A stretch of DNA of 64,000 nucleotides from an uncultured Planctomycetia bacterium (GTDB lineage: Bacteria > Omnitrophota > Gorgyraeia > Gorgyraeales > Gorgyraeaceae), in assembly GCA_964415355.1 (NCBI GenBank), contig CAYPYS010000002.1, positions 138,475 through 202,474 of the forward strand, written 5' to 3'. The position numbers and the translations under genes were made by a program. Of the stretch, positions 28,472 through 37,748 are shown in pieces. The stretch's first letter is position 1. Each line of letters begins with the position of its first letter. The notes under the pieces are model-generated. The model saw only the letters and a program-made list of their open reading frames with translations. It ran no database searches and was not told where the DNA came from.

Positions 28472-30181
28472 TTATATGTATTCTTTTGTTTCTCTGAGGA
28501 CTTCTTCGGCTGTTGTCTTGCCTTCCAAGATTTTTTTTATGCCGTTTTCACGCAATGTCTTCATGCCAGTCTTTCTCGCTGCGTCTCTTATTGCTGACAG
28601 GCTTTCCCGTTTAACTATAAGCTCTCTCAATAGTTCATCCATAATAAATAACTCGTATATTCCTGTCCTGCCCTTATATCCTGACCCATTGCACTCCGAA
28701 CAGCCTTCTCCTTTATAAAACTTAAGTCCCTTTACCTGTTCCTGCGAAAGCCCCAGATCAGAAAGTTCATGCCCGTGAGGATCGTGGGCCTTTTTGCATT
28801 TTGGACAGATTAATCTCACGAGCCTCTGCGCGATTACTGCCCTGATGGTGGAGATTATCAGAAAAGGCTCTATGCCCATGTCCATGAGCCTGGTAATGGC
28901 GCCGGGCGCGTCATTGGTGTGCAGCGTGCTAAAGACCAGATGCCCTGTAAGAGCGGACTGGATGGCGATCTCTGCTGTCTCAGAATCCCTGATTTCTCCG
29001 ACCATTAAAATATCAGGGTCCTGCCTTAACATGTGCCTGAGTATCCTGGCGAAAGTAAGGTCTATTTTTGGATTGACAGCGATCTGGATAATGCCTTCTA
29101 CGTCGTATTCAACAGGATCTTCAGCTGTAATTATCTTATATTCGATCTTATTGATCTCCCGAAGACAGGAATAAAGCGTTGTGGTCTTGCCGCTTCCGGT
29201 CGGACCTGTGGTCAATAAAATACCGTTCGGCCTGTGGATTATATTTCTGAGCCTGGATTTAATAGCATCATCTATGCCAAGCTGGTCCAGGGATAAACTG
29301 ACCACGCTCTTGTCAAGCACCCTCATTACAATGCTTTCGCCGTATAGCGTAGGCAAGGTCGATACGCGCAAGTCAACGCTTTTCCCTCCGATATCCATCA
29401 TGATCCTGCCGTCTTGCGGCAACCTGTTTTCCGCGACGTCCAGATTGGCCATGACCTTTATCCTGGAGCTTATAGCCAGGCTCAGGTCTCTCGGCGGATG
29501 CGCAGCGTCATAACATACCCCGTCTATCCTGTATCTTATGCTGTAGTCTTTTTCAAAAGGCTCGAAATGTATATCTGACGCCTTGTCTCTTATCGCCCTC
29601 AGAAGCACCATGTTCAACAATTTTACAACAGGCGCCTGCGAAGCTATTTCTTTTAGCTTGTCAGCGCCGTCACTTTTTTTAATAGCAGTTTTGCCCGACG
29701 TCTTTTTTGCCTCGTCTATGACATCTCCGAGCGATTCTTCCTCTTCGCCGTAATATCGATCTATGGCTTTTTTAATGGCGTCTTCTTTTGCCACGACCAT
29801 CTTTATGTTCAGCCCTGTGACAAAACGCAGGTCATCCACGAGTTTCATGTTTAAGGGATCAGAGACAGCTATGACTACTCCGCCTGCCTCGACCTTTATC
29901 GGCACAATGCTGTAAAATTTTGCCGTTGAAGCCGATATCTTATTTATGGCATTTCTTTCTATGTTTAATTTAGAAAGGTCGACCAGCTCGACGCTTAGCC
30001 ATTTTGCGATAGTGGTCAACAGGGTCTCTTCGGTTATATAGCCATAGCCTACGAGGATCTTGAAGATATTCTTTCCGGTCTTCTTTTCTTCTTCTGTAGC
30101 GTCGTCTATATTTTGTTGCGTAAGCAATTTTTTATCGACGAGCTTTTTTAACAATAAATTATATTGTACATTATCAGGCAT
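28472..30181 (-). CDS. Type II secretion / type IV pilus assembly ATPase (GspE/PilB family), copy 1
   Basis: 569 aa with an N-terminal T2SSE_N domain, Walker A (TGPTGSGKTTTL), and a tetra-Cys Zn motif (CPKCKK…CSECNGSGYKGR). Confidence 0.85.
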   Translation of the reverse strand: MPDNVQYNLLLKKLVDKKLLTQQNIDDATEEEKKTGKNIFKILVGYGYITEETLLTTIAKWLSVELVDLSKLNIERNAINKISASTAKFYSIVPIKVEAGGVVIAVSDPLNMKLVDDLRFVTGLNIKMVVAKEDAIKKAIDRYYGEEEESLGDVIDEAKKTSGKTAIKKSDGADKLKEIASQAPVVKLLNMVLLRAIRDKASDIHFEPFEKDYSIRYRIDGVCYDAAHPPRDLSLAISSRIKVMANLDVAENRLPQDGRIMMDIGGKSVDLRVSTLPTLYGESIVMRVLDKSVVSLSLDQLGIDDAIKSRLRNIIHRPNGILLTTGPTGSGKTTTLYSCLREINKIEYKIITAEDPVEYDVEGIIQIAVNPKIDLTFARILRHMLRQDPDILMVGEIRDSETAEIAIQSALTGHLVFSTLHTNDAPGAITRLMDMGIEPFLIISTIRAVIAQRLVRLICPKCKKAHDPHGHELSDLGLSQEQVKGLKFYKGEGCSECNGSGYKGRTGIYELFIMDELLRELIVKRESLSAIRDAARKTGMKTLRENGIKKILEGKTTAEEVLRETKEYI

Positions 30182-31832
30182 CCTGCGTTACCCTCATGAC
30201 CTCTTCGATTGTCGTGAGGCCTCTTTTTACCTTTTCTATGCCATCCTCTTTTAGCGTCCTCATGCCGCTGTCTCTTGCCTTTTTGTATATCTCGGAGCTC
30301 GGGGCATTGCTTAAAATCAATTCCCTGAGCTCATCGGTCAGGACCAATACTTCATATAGCCCCATCCTCCCTTTAAATCCGGTATCGCCGCAGGCCGGGC
30401 AACCAGTGCCGCGATAAAGCTCAATATCTCCATCCTTTTTTTGATCCAAGGAAAGAGCTATTCTTTCCTCTTCAGAAGGCTTGTATGGTTTCCTGCACGA
30501 TGCGCAAACAGTCCTTACTAATCTTTGAGCGAGCACGCCCTGCACAGTAGAAGCGACAAGATATGGTTTTACACCCATGTCGGAGAGTCGCGTAACCGCG
30601 CTCGGCGCGTCATTTGTATGCAATGTGCTGAATATCAGGTGGCCTGTAAGGGCAGACTGGATGGCGATCTCTGCTGTTTCCAGGTCTCTGATTTCTCCGA
30701 CCATTATAATGTCAGGCGCCTGCCGCAGCATAGATCTAAGACCGGCAACAAAGGTAAGTCCTATCAGAGGTTTTACCTGAACCTGGTTTACCCCGTCCAG
30801 CTGATATTCGACAGGGTCCTCTATGGTTATGACCTTTCGCTCTCTTTGATTAATATGGCTGAGGATCGCGTATAAGGTCGTTGTCTTACCGCTGCCGGTA
30901 GGCCCTGTGATCAGCATTATGCCATTGGGTAATTTTATCAATGTCTCTATGGCTTTTCTCTGGTCTGGTAGAAAACCAAGGTCCTCGATCCCTACCATAA
31001 AACTTGATTTGTCAAGTATCCTCATGACAATGCTTTCGCCGTGGATACCCGGAAGGCTGGAAACCCTCAGGTCGATCTCTCTATCGTCGACCCTTACCTT
31101 TATCCTGCCGTCCTGCGGCATCCTCTTCTCCGCAATATCCATGCCCGCCATGATCTTGACCCTGCTAAGCACTGACCCCTGCAATCTCTTTGGCGGACCA
31201 GATACTTCATGTAAAACGCCGTCTACCCTGTATCGCAGTCGGAATTTATTTTCGAGAGGCTCTATGTGTATATCGCTGGTCCTTCTCTTTATGGCCTCGT
31301 TTATTATAGTATTAACCAGTTTGATTATAGGGGTGTCCTCGCTTCCCTTTACTGCTTTTATTTCCTCTGACATCTTTGCCAGGTCGACCCCTGTCTTTTT
31401 CTTGGAAGCATACAATTCTTCAAGTGCTCTTTCCAGATCATCGGTCAAAGCCAGCTCCATCTCTATCTGCAGGCCCAGTATTTCTTCCAGGTTATTTTTC
31501 GCGAGAAAATTCAGAGGGTCATCGGTGCATATGTGTAATTTATTGGCCTCGTGTTTTATCGGGACTATTTTATGAGCAAGCGCGATGTGTGGAGGAAGGA
31601 CGTTTACGTTTTTTTTGTCAATGTCCCGGGCTTTTACAGATATGGGCAGCATGCCTATCTGAGAGATCAGAGTTCTACCGACTTCTAGATTTGATATATA
31701 TCTTAATTTTAAAAGCGCGCTGGAGAAACGCTCTTTTGTCTTTTTCTGCTCATCGAGCGCTTTCTTTATCTTTTCTTCATCCAGAAGCCCGATATTTTTT
31801 ACAAGATCTTTTACTATTTTTTCTTTATCCAT
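30174..31832 (-). CDS. Type II secretion / type IV pilus assembly ATPase (GspE/PilB family), copy 2
   Basis: 552 aa. Paralogous to copy 1 (TGPTGSGKTTTLY, CASCRK…CPACGDTGFKGR). Overlaps copy 1 by 8 nt. Confidence 0.85.
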   Translation of the reverse strand: MDKEKIVKDLVKNIGLLDEEKIKKALDEQKKTKERFSSALLKLRYISNLEVGRTLISQIGMLPISVKARDIDKKNVNVLPPHIALAHKIVPIKHEANKLHICTDDPLNFLAKNNLEEILGLQIEMELALTDDLERALEELYASKKKTGVDLAKMSEEIKAVKGSEDTPIIKLVNTIINEAIKRRTSDIHIEPLENKFRLRYRVDGVLHEVSGPPKRLQGSVLSRVKIMAGMDIAEKRMPQDGRIKVRVDDREIDLRVSSLPGIHGESIVMRILDKSSFMVGIEDLGFLPDQRKAIETLIKLPNGIMLITGPTGSGKTTTLYAILSHINQRERKVITIEDPVEYQLDGVNQVQVKPLIGLTFVAGLRSMLRQAPDIIMVGEIRDLETAEIAIQSALTGHLIFSTLHTNDAPSAVTRLSDMGVKPYLVASTVQGVLAQRLVRTVCASCRKPYKPSEEERIALSLDQKKDGDIELYRGTGCPACGDTGFKGRMGLYEVLVLTDELRELILSNAPSSEIYKKARDSGMRTLKEDGIEKVKRGLTTIEEVMRVTQDA

Positions 31833-31836
31833 AGCC

Positions 31837-32499
31837 CTATTTATTGATCAAGCTCGCGAAATATCCGGCGCCGAAACCATTATCAATGTTTACAACGCTG
31901 ACCCCTGGCGCACAACAATTCATCATGGTCAGAAGCGGTGCAATGCCTTTAAAATTGGCGCCGTATCCGACACTTGTAGGAACAGCTATCACTGGTTTAT
32001 CAGTAAGGCCCGCAACTACGCTCGCTAAAGCGCCTTCCATGCCCGCCACTACAATCACCACGTTGGACATGGATATATCTCCTAGCTTGTCAAATAACCT
32101 GTGTATGCCGGCCACGCCAACGTCATAGACCACTTTTACTTTGTTTCCCATGACCTCAAGGGTGGCCTTTGCTTCTTCCGCGACCGGGATATCGCTGGTG
32201 CCCGCAGTTAAAATCAAAACCTGCTTATTATTCTTTGTCTTGCGCTTCTTTTTGTAAATGACCTTCGCTGTTTCATTGTATCGTACGTCTGGATAATATT
32301 TTTTCAGATGCTCATATAGCGGCTTTTTGGCTCGCGTGAGAAGAACATAGTCGGTTTTTTTTAGCAAATTACCGAGTATTCTTTTGACCTGTACATGAGT
32401 TTTACCCTCGCAATAGACGACCTCGCTAAAACCCTTGCGCGCTTGCCTGTGGTGGTCTATCTTGGCAAAACTCAGATCAGAATATAGTTTATTAGCCAA
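31837..32499 (-). CDS. LarB-like (PurE/AIR-carboxylase family) nickel-pincer cofactor biosynthesis protein. The likely start is a TTG at 32499 with an AAGGAG SD; the track start is inside a repeat.
   Basis: PurE-like C-terminal region VVIVVAGMEGALASVVAGLTDKPVIAVPTSVGYGANFKGIAPLLTMM with an LarB-type N-terminal extension. Confidence 0.55.
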   Translation of the reverse strand: MANKLYSDLSFAKIDHHRQARKGFSEVVYCEGKTHVQVKRILGNLLKKTDYVLLTRAKKPLYEHLKKYYPDVRYNETAKVIYKKKRKTKNNKQVLILTAGTSDIPVAEEAKATLEVMGNKVKVVYDVGVAGIHRLFDKLGDISMSNVVIVVAGMEGALASVVAGLTDKPVIAVPTSVGYGANFKGIAPLLTMMNCCAPGVSVVNIDNGFGAGYFASLINK

Positions 32500-32507
32500 C
32501 GCTCTCC

Positions 32508-32545
32508 TTAGGTTTACTTTTAACATTGTTGAAAGTAAACCTAAG
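32508..32545. repeat. REP-like repeat copy, GGTTTACT-arm subtype
   Basis: ttaggtttacttttaacattgttgaaagtaaacctaag. Overlaps the larB-like SD and start region. Confidence 0.85.
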
Positions 32546-32553
32546 CCTCTATG

Positions 32554-32850
32554 TTATTGTTTAAAGATTAGATACAAGATGAGCACGATTGCAGCGCAAG
32601 ATAGGATATAAAAATCGTTAAAATAAAAAAAGTCCCTTATCTTGTCGGAAGAAGTCGCAATGCGCTCGTAACGCGTCCACTTTCCTGATTTACTGCGATA
32701 CGAATCCAAATCATCAGACTTGTACCGCGTATAGATGCCCCCTATCTTGTAAGAAGACACCTCGCCTTTATCTATAATGTCCTGGAAATCACCCTCAGAG
32801 ATACCGAGATAGTCCGCAGCCTCTTTAAGCGTTAAGAATTTCTTTATCAT
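32554..32850 (-). CDS. Membrane-anchored excisionase/MerR-type HTH (HTH_17) protein. The track start 32868 is a repeat-derived extension.
   Basis: LTLKEAADYLGISEGDFQDIIDKGEVSSYKIGGIYTRY HTH plus a C-terminal TM helix (FYILSCAAIVLILYLIF). The start assignment is uncertain because the repeat abuts the ATG. Confidence 0.5.
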   Translation of the reverse strand: MIKKFLTLKEAADYLGISEGDFQDIIDKGEVSSYKIGGIYTRYKSDDLDSYRSKSGKWTRYERIATSSDKIRDFFYFNDFYILSCAAIVLILYLIFKQ

Positions 32851-32888
32851 AAGTTTACATTTCAACAACGTTAAAGTGTAAAGTTAGG
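32850..32888. repeat. REP-like repeat copy, mixed arms
   Basis: taagtttacatttcaacaacgttaaagtgtaaagttagg. Abuts the ATG of the HTH gene. Confidence 0.9.
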
Positions 32889-32891
32889 CCT

Positions 32892-33413
32892 TTATTTATT
32901 CGCTTTTTCCTTTGAAATCCATTTATCCACTGAAACCCTGTCGAATCTCCATTCACCCTCTTCTTTAAAAGCGGGTATTTTCCCAGAGTCAGCCCAATCC
33001 AGAATATTCGATACTTCTACTTCTAGATATTTGGCAAGCTCTTTTGCGTTAAGGGCCTTGGACCTTTGTTCTGAATAATTCAACATCTGGCATTTTCCTT
33101 GGAGCACCGCGCCTGCTTCTACGCTCAATACCGGCGTTTTCACGTCTCCTACGATGTGAGCGTGCGAAAGAATCTTCAATTCCTTCTCCGCCAAAATATT
33201 GCCCACGACCTTTCCGCCGATCATTATCTCTTCACCTTTTATGTCTGCGCGGACAGATGCGTTGTCTCCGATAGTCAGGCTGCCCTTTGTGTCCAGCTTG
33301 CCCTCGAAGTTTCCGTTTATCCTGAGATTCACTGGGTCCCTGAACGCTAGCGTGCCCTGCATGCTGGCATCGACATCTAAGATCTTTTGCTCATTTTTGT
33401 CTCTTCTAGCCAT
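32892..33413 (-). CDS. Bactofilin-domain protein fused to a C-terminal excisionase-type HTH. The likely start is the MARRDKNEQ ATG at 33413 with an AAGGAAGGGGGAG SD.
   Basis: Bactofilin beta-helix signature …IVGDVKTPVLSVEAGAVLQGKCQM, then LNAKELAKYLEVEVSNILDWADSGKIPAFKEEGEWRF (HTH_17). Confidence 0.65.
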   Translation of the reverse strand: MARRDKNEQKILDVDASMQGTLAFRDPVNLRINGNFEGKLDTKGSLTIGDNASVRADIKGEEIMIGGKVVGNILAEKELKILSHAHIVGDVKTPVLSVEAGAVLQGKCQMLNYSEQRSKALNAKELAKYLEVEVSNILDWADSGKIPAFKEEGEWRFDRVSVDKWISKEKANK

Positions 33414-33858
33414 TTTCTCCCCCTTCCTTATCTTTTTCTGGAATTTGAACCTTCCGTAATATATATAAAGCGGCAAGCGCTATTATAGTCGTAACAACGC
33501 CTGCCATCGTTAAGCCACAGCCAACTGCCAGGCCAATACCTGCAACAGTCCAGAGACTCGCGGCAGTAGTAAGTCCTGTCACGCTTGCTCTAGAGCGGAT
33601 AATCGTCCCTGCGCCCAAAAACCCTATACCTGTCACGACTCCGGCAGCTATCCTGCCGGGATCGACTGGCGCGCTGTCACCGAAGCTAATAAACATATAA
33701 ATAGACGTCAACATGATAAGAGCGGATCCGAGACATACGAGGATATGCGTCCTGAAGCCAGCTATCCGTTTATTATGCGTCTCTCTTTCAAAGCCCACAA
33801 GGCCTCCCAGTATCGCAGCCACGATCAATCGCATGACTATTTGCGCATTGCTTAACAT
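33406..33858 (-). CDS. MgtC/SapB family membrane protein
   Basis: 150 aa, …ILGGLVGFERE… MgtC signature and 4 TM segments. Confidence 0.7.
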   Translation of the reverse strand: MLSNAQIVMRLIVAAILGGLVGFERETHNKRIAGFRTHILVCLGSALIMLTSIYMFISFGDSAPVDPGRIAAGVVTGIGFLGAGTIIRSRASVTGLTTAASLWTVAGIGLAVGCGLTMAGVVTTIIALAALYILRKVQIPEKDKEGGENG

Positions 33859-33876
33859 ATTCGCTCCTCTCCTCGT

Positions 33877-33915
33877 TAACTTTACATTTTAACGTTGTTG
33901 AAATGTAAAGTTAGG
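33877..33915. repeat. REP-like palindromic intergenic repeat copy
   Basis: taactttacattttaacgttgttgaaatgtaaagttagg. Contains the tsaD stop. Confidence 0.9.
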
Positions 33916-34909
33916 GCTGGGCAGTGATGTCCAGCGAAGACGTGACCCCTTTTTTATATAGCCTGTACGCAAGGCCTGCCACCATTGCCGCATTGTCTGT
34001 GCATAGCGCGAGCGGCGGGAAATATACCTTAAAATCCCTAAACATAGATTCTCTCTTGATCATTTCCCTGAATCGCGAATTAGCGCTTACGCCGCCACCT
34101 ACAACAAGAGTCTTTATGCTGCATTTCTCCATGGCCTTTATCGTATTTTTAACAATGAGCTTTAGCGCTGATTCCTGGAAACTTGTCGCGATATTCCGTA
34201 TCCCCTCACCCGCATTTCGTATGCCGTGAGATTTTACGTAATATAAAACAGCTGTCTTTATGCCGCTAAAGCTAAAATCCAGGCTGCCTGAGATGCCCCT
34301 GCATTCAAACCTTATAGCGCGAGGATTGCCTTTCTGCGCCAATCTGTCTATTATAGGTCCGCCTGGATACCCGAGTCCCAATATTTTTGCTACCTTGTCA
34401 TATGCCTCGCCAATGGCATCGTCCAGCGTATCGCCCAGTATTTTAAAGTCGTCGAAATCTCTCACGACGCAAAGCCTTGTATGTCCTCCTGACATAACAA
34501 GCCCCATAAAAGGGAATCTAAGAGCCTGTCTTGTCATTAGCGCTGCATAGACATGCGCCTTGACATGGTCAACTGCGATCAGGGGAATGCCCAGCGCGAA
34601 AGCCATTGCCTTTGCACAGGTGATGCCTGTTAGGAGTGCCCCAACAAGCCCTGCGCCCTGAGTCACAGCCACTGCATCGATATCTTTTATGCCTATCCGC
34701 GCATTTTTCAAAGAACCATTTATTACCTTGTCAAGATTTTCTACATGATGCCTCGTGGCTATCTCGGGTATCACGCCGCCGAATCTCTTATGATGTTTCA
34801 GGCTCGACGAGATCTCGTTGGATAAAATCTCCTTACCGTTTTTTACGACACTCGCCGCAGTCTCGTCACACGATGTCTCAATACCTAATATAAGCATAAC
34901 ATTTTTCAA
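33911..34909 (-). CDS. tsaD: tRNA N6-adenosine threonylcarbamoyltransferase
   Basis: MLILGIETSCDETAASVV start. Kae1/TsaD family. Confidence 0.9.
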   Translation of the reverse strand: MKNVMLILGIETSCDETAASVVKNGKEILSNEISSSLKHHKRFGGVIPEIATRHHVENLDKVINGSLKNARIGIKDIDAVAVTQGAGLVGALLTGITCAKAMAFALGIPLIAVDHVKAHVYAALMTRQALRFPFMGLVMSGGHTRLCVVRDFDDFKILGDTLDDAIGEAYDKVAKILGLGYPGGPIIDRLAQKGNPRAIRFECRGISGSLDFSFSGIKTAVLYYVKSHGIRNAGEGIRNIATSFQESALKLIVKNTIKAMEKCSIKTLVVGGGVSANSRFREMIKRESMFRDFKVYFPPLALCTDNAAMVAGLAYRLYKKGVTSSLDITAQP

Positions 34910-34921
34910 GCCCAGCTACCT

Positions 34922-36193
34922 CTAGCTGGCACCGTATATAATGATCCCTTTCAGCACATCTACTGCGCTCAAAATCTGGTTATCGTATTTCTCCTGCTTT
35001 TCTTTTTCTGCCTGGATTTTTTCTTTGTCATCTTCTTCAGGGCGCAAAAGCTCATCAAATATATCCGCATCCTCTTCGTCGCTCTCTGTTTTTGCAAGTT
35101 CCTTATACCTGACTACTATGTCAGGTTCAATTCCTTCTCCGTGTATAGAGCGGCCCTCTGGCGTAAAATATTTGCTCGTGGTAAGCCGCACTGCTGAGCC
35201 GTCTGATAGAGGCACTACTGTCTGAACAGACCCTTTACCGAAACTTTTGGTCCCTATTAAGATCCCCCTCTTGTGGTCTTGTATCGCCCCGGCGACTATC
35301 TCCGACGCAGACGCGCTGCCCCCGTTTATCAGGACAACCATCGGGTAATCCAGATGTTTGTTTTTCTTCCTTGACTTAAACATGATGTTCTGATTTTTGA
35401 CCCGTCCTTTTGTTGAGACAATTATTTTATCAGGTTCTAAAAATTTGCCTGCGGTATCAATGGCTGCCTCAAGCAGGCCTCCGGGATTATTCCTCAGGTC
35501 CAATATAAAACCTTCCATGCCTTTATCCTCGAGCTCCCTCAGGCTCTTCTCGAGTTCGCGATGGGTCTTCTCCTGAAAATCAGACAACCTTATATAGCCA
35601 ATACCCTGCTCTATGATCTCTGCTTTTTTAATGCTCTCTATCTTTATGATCGATCTCGTGATCGCAAAATCCAGCAGTTTTTTCTCGGATTCCCTCAGCA
35701 CCGTGACTTCGACATCTGTCCCTGGCTTGCCGCGTAATTTTTTGACCGCGCCCATAAGCGTGAGGTCTTTAGTGATCTCGCCGTTTATCTTAACGATCTT
35801 GTCGCCTGCCTTAAGGCCGACTTTGTACGCGGGGGTATCATCAATAGGCGTGATTACGGTAAGGAGGTCATCTTTTATTGTAATCTCTATGCCGATGCCT
35901 CCGAATTCGCCTTCTGTCTCTATTCTCATTTCATTGTACATCTCAGGGTCCATAAATTGACTGTATGGGTCCAAAGACGAGAGCATGCCTGTCATGGCCC
36001 CGTATATGAGATCCTTTGATCCCGGCTCCTCTACGTAATCCGAGCGTATAAGGCTGACTGCGTCAGAAAATAATTCTAACTGCTTATACAAGTCATCTGT
36101 TTCATTGTCTTTTTCGGCAAGACTGACATCGCTGAAAATAAAACCTGTTGCGAGCATGACAGCCACCAGCATCATAACAATCTTCTTATCCAT
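34922..36193 (-). CDS. ctpA: Carboxyl-terminal processing protease (S41, PDZ-containing). The track start 36229 is a repeat-derived extension; the likely start is the MDKKIVMMLVAV ATG at 36193.
   Basis: Signal peptide, PDZ domain and S41 catalytic region (…LINGGSASASEIVAGAIQDHKRGILIGTKSFGKGSVQT…). Confidence 0.85.
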   Translation of the reverse strand: MDKKIVMMLVAVMLATGFIFSDVSLAEKDNETDDLYKQLELFSDAVSLIRSDYVEEPGSKDLIYGAMTGMLSSLDPYSQFMDPEMYNEMRIETEGEFGGIGIEITIKDDLLTVITPIDDTPAYKVGLKAGDKIVKINGEITKDLTLMGAVKKLRGKPGTDVEVTVLRESEKKLLDFAITRSIIKIESIKKAEIIEQGIGYIRLSDFQEKTHRELEKSLRELEDKGMEGFILDLRNNPGGLLEAAIDTAGKFLEPDKIIVSTKGRVKNQNIMFKSRKKNKHLDYPMVVLINGGSASASEIVAGAIQDHKRGILIGTKSFGKGSVQTVVPLSDGSAVRLTTSKYFTPEGRSIHGEGIEPDIVVRYKELAKTESDEEDADIFDELLRPEEDDKEKIQAEKEKQEKYDNQILSAVDVLKGIIIYGAS

Positions 36194-36210
36194 AAATCTC
36201 CTTTCAGTGC

Positions 36211-36249
36211 TAACTTTACATTTCAACAACGTTAAAGTGTAAAGTTAAG
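36211..36249. repeat. REP-like palindromic intergenic repeat copy
   Basis: taactttacatttcaacaacgttaaagtgtaaagttaag. Contains the gatB stop and lies about 18 nt upstream of the ctpA start. Confidence 0.9.
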
Positions 36250-37669
36250 CGGAAAGTCTTGATTTTAGTATCTCGCTTACCTTCTGCGGATTTGCTTTTC
36301 CTTTTGTCTTTGCCATCACCTTTCCGACCAGAAACATAATGGCATTCTGTTTGCCGGCTTTGTAATCGCTGACAGATTTTGGATTTTCAGCGATCACCCC
36401 GTCTACAGCCTTTTCTATCGCATCCTTATCAGAAATCTGCTCCAATCCTTTTTCTTTTACCACGGCACCAGGCGCATTGCCTGTCTCTATCGTTTCGACC
36501 AATACGCTCTTTGCGACTTTACCTGTGATCGTCCCTTTTTCTATCATTTCAAGCATACTCGCAAGATGCTTTTCTTTCAAGTTCAGCTTGTCGATCGTCA
36601 GATTTTTATCTTTCATGTAAGCAGAGATATCGCTCATGATCCAGTTCGCGATAATCTTAGGTTTGTTGAATAATGACGTGCATCTCTCAAAATAATCCGC
36701 AAGCCCCCTGTCGCTGACCATGAAAGCAGCGTCGTATTCGGAAAGATTATATTCTGATATAAATCTTTTTTTTCTTGGCTCAGGAAGTTCGGGAATTTCT
36801 TTTTTAAAGTCTTCCAGCAGCTTTTTCTCGAAATCAAACGGCACCAGGTCTGGCTCCGGGAAATATCTATAATCATGGGCCTCTTCTTTGGACCTCATAG
36901 ATTCGGTAATATCTTTCGCCGCATCATAAAGCCTTGTTTCCTGGATAATCCTTTGCCCGTCTTCGAGCAGCTCTACCTGCCTGTCTCTTTCGTGCTCCAG
37001 GGCCGCTTTTACCGCGCTAAAGGAGTTCATGTTTTTTATTTCGGTTTTTACGCCGAGTTCGGTAGCGCCGGATTTTCTCAGGGATATATTAGCGTCGCAC
37101 CTGAGGCTTCCTTCTTCCATATTGCAGTCCGAAACATCTATGTACTTCAGGATAGATTTAAGAGCGGTTAAATATACATGTGCCTCTAGGGGGGAATTTA
37201 TGTCTGGTTCGGTCACTATCTCCAATAACGGCGTCCCGGAGCGGTTAAAATCTACAAGGCTGCAATCTTTCTCGTGAAAGAGCTTGCCTGTGTCTTCCTC
37301 CAGATGCACCCTGCGTATTTTTATGCGTTTTTCCTTGCCGTCGATCATTATCGCGAGATGCCCGTTTTGAGAGAGAGGCTGGTTAAATTGAGATATCTGG
37401 TAAGCCTTTGGAAGGTCAGGATAAAAATAATTTTTTCTATCGAATCGTATCTTTTTTGCGATCTGGCAATTCAGGGCAATGGCGACCTTTGCGCCGAGCC
37501 TTAAGGCCTGCCTGTTTAATACTGGCAGTGATCCGGGAAACCCCAGACATACAGGACAGGTCTGCGTATTTGGCGCAGCTCCGAAGTTCGTAGAACATCC
37601 GCAGAATACCTTGCTCTTTGTTTTTAACTGTAGATGGACTTCTAGGCCGATCACTGTTTCGTATTTCAT
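36245..37669 (-). CDS. gatB: Asp-tRNA(Asn)/Glu-tRNA(Gln) amidotransferase subunit B
   Basis: MKYETVIGLEVHLQLKTKSKVFCGCST start. 474 aa. Confidence 0.95.
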   Translation of the reverse strand: MKYETVIGLEVHLQLKTKSKVFCGCSTNFGAAPNTQTCPVCLGFPGSLPVLNRQALRLGAKVAIALNCQIAKKIRFDRKNYFYPDLPKAYQISQFNQPLSQNGHLAIMIDGKEKRIKIRRVHLEEDTGKLFHEKDCSLVDFNRSGTPLLEIVTEPDINSPLEAHVYLTALKSILKYIDVSDCNMEEGSLRCDANISLRKSGATELGVKTEIKNMNSFSAVKAALEHERDRQVELLEDGQRIIQETRLYDAAKDITESMRSKEEAHDYRYFPEPDLVPFDFEKKLLEDFKKEIPELPEPRKKRFISEYNLSEYDAAFMVSDRGLADYFERCTSLFNKPKIIANWIMSDISAYMKDKNLTIDKLNLKEKHLASMLEMIEKGTITGKVAKSVLVETIETGNAPGAVVKEKGLEQISDKDAIEKAVDGVIAENPKSVSDYKAGKQNAIMFLVGKVMAKTKGKANPQKVSEILKSRLSA

Positions 37670-37706
37670 TATCTTGTCGCCCGCCCTTTGCTAGTCGCTT
37701 ATAATT

Positions 37707-37746
37707 TTAAGTATACATTTTAACAATGTTAAAATGTATACTTAAG
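37707..37746. repeat. REP-like repeat copy, GTATACA-arm subtype (perfect palindrome)
   Basis: ttaagtatacattttaacaatgttaaaatgtatacttaag, between gatA and gatB inside the gatCAB operon. Confidence 0.9.
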
Positions 37747-37748
37747 CC

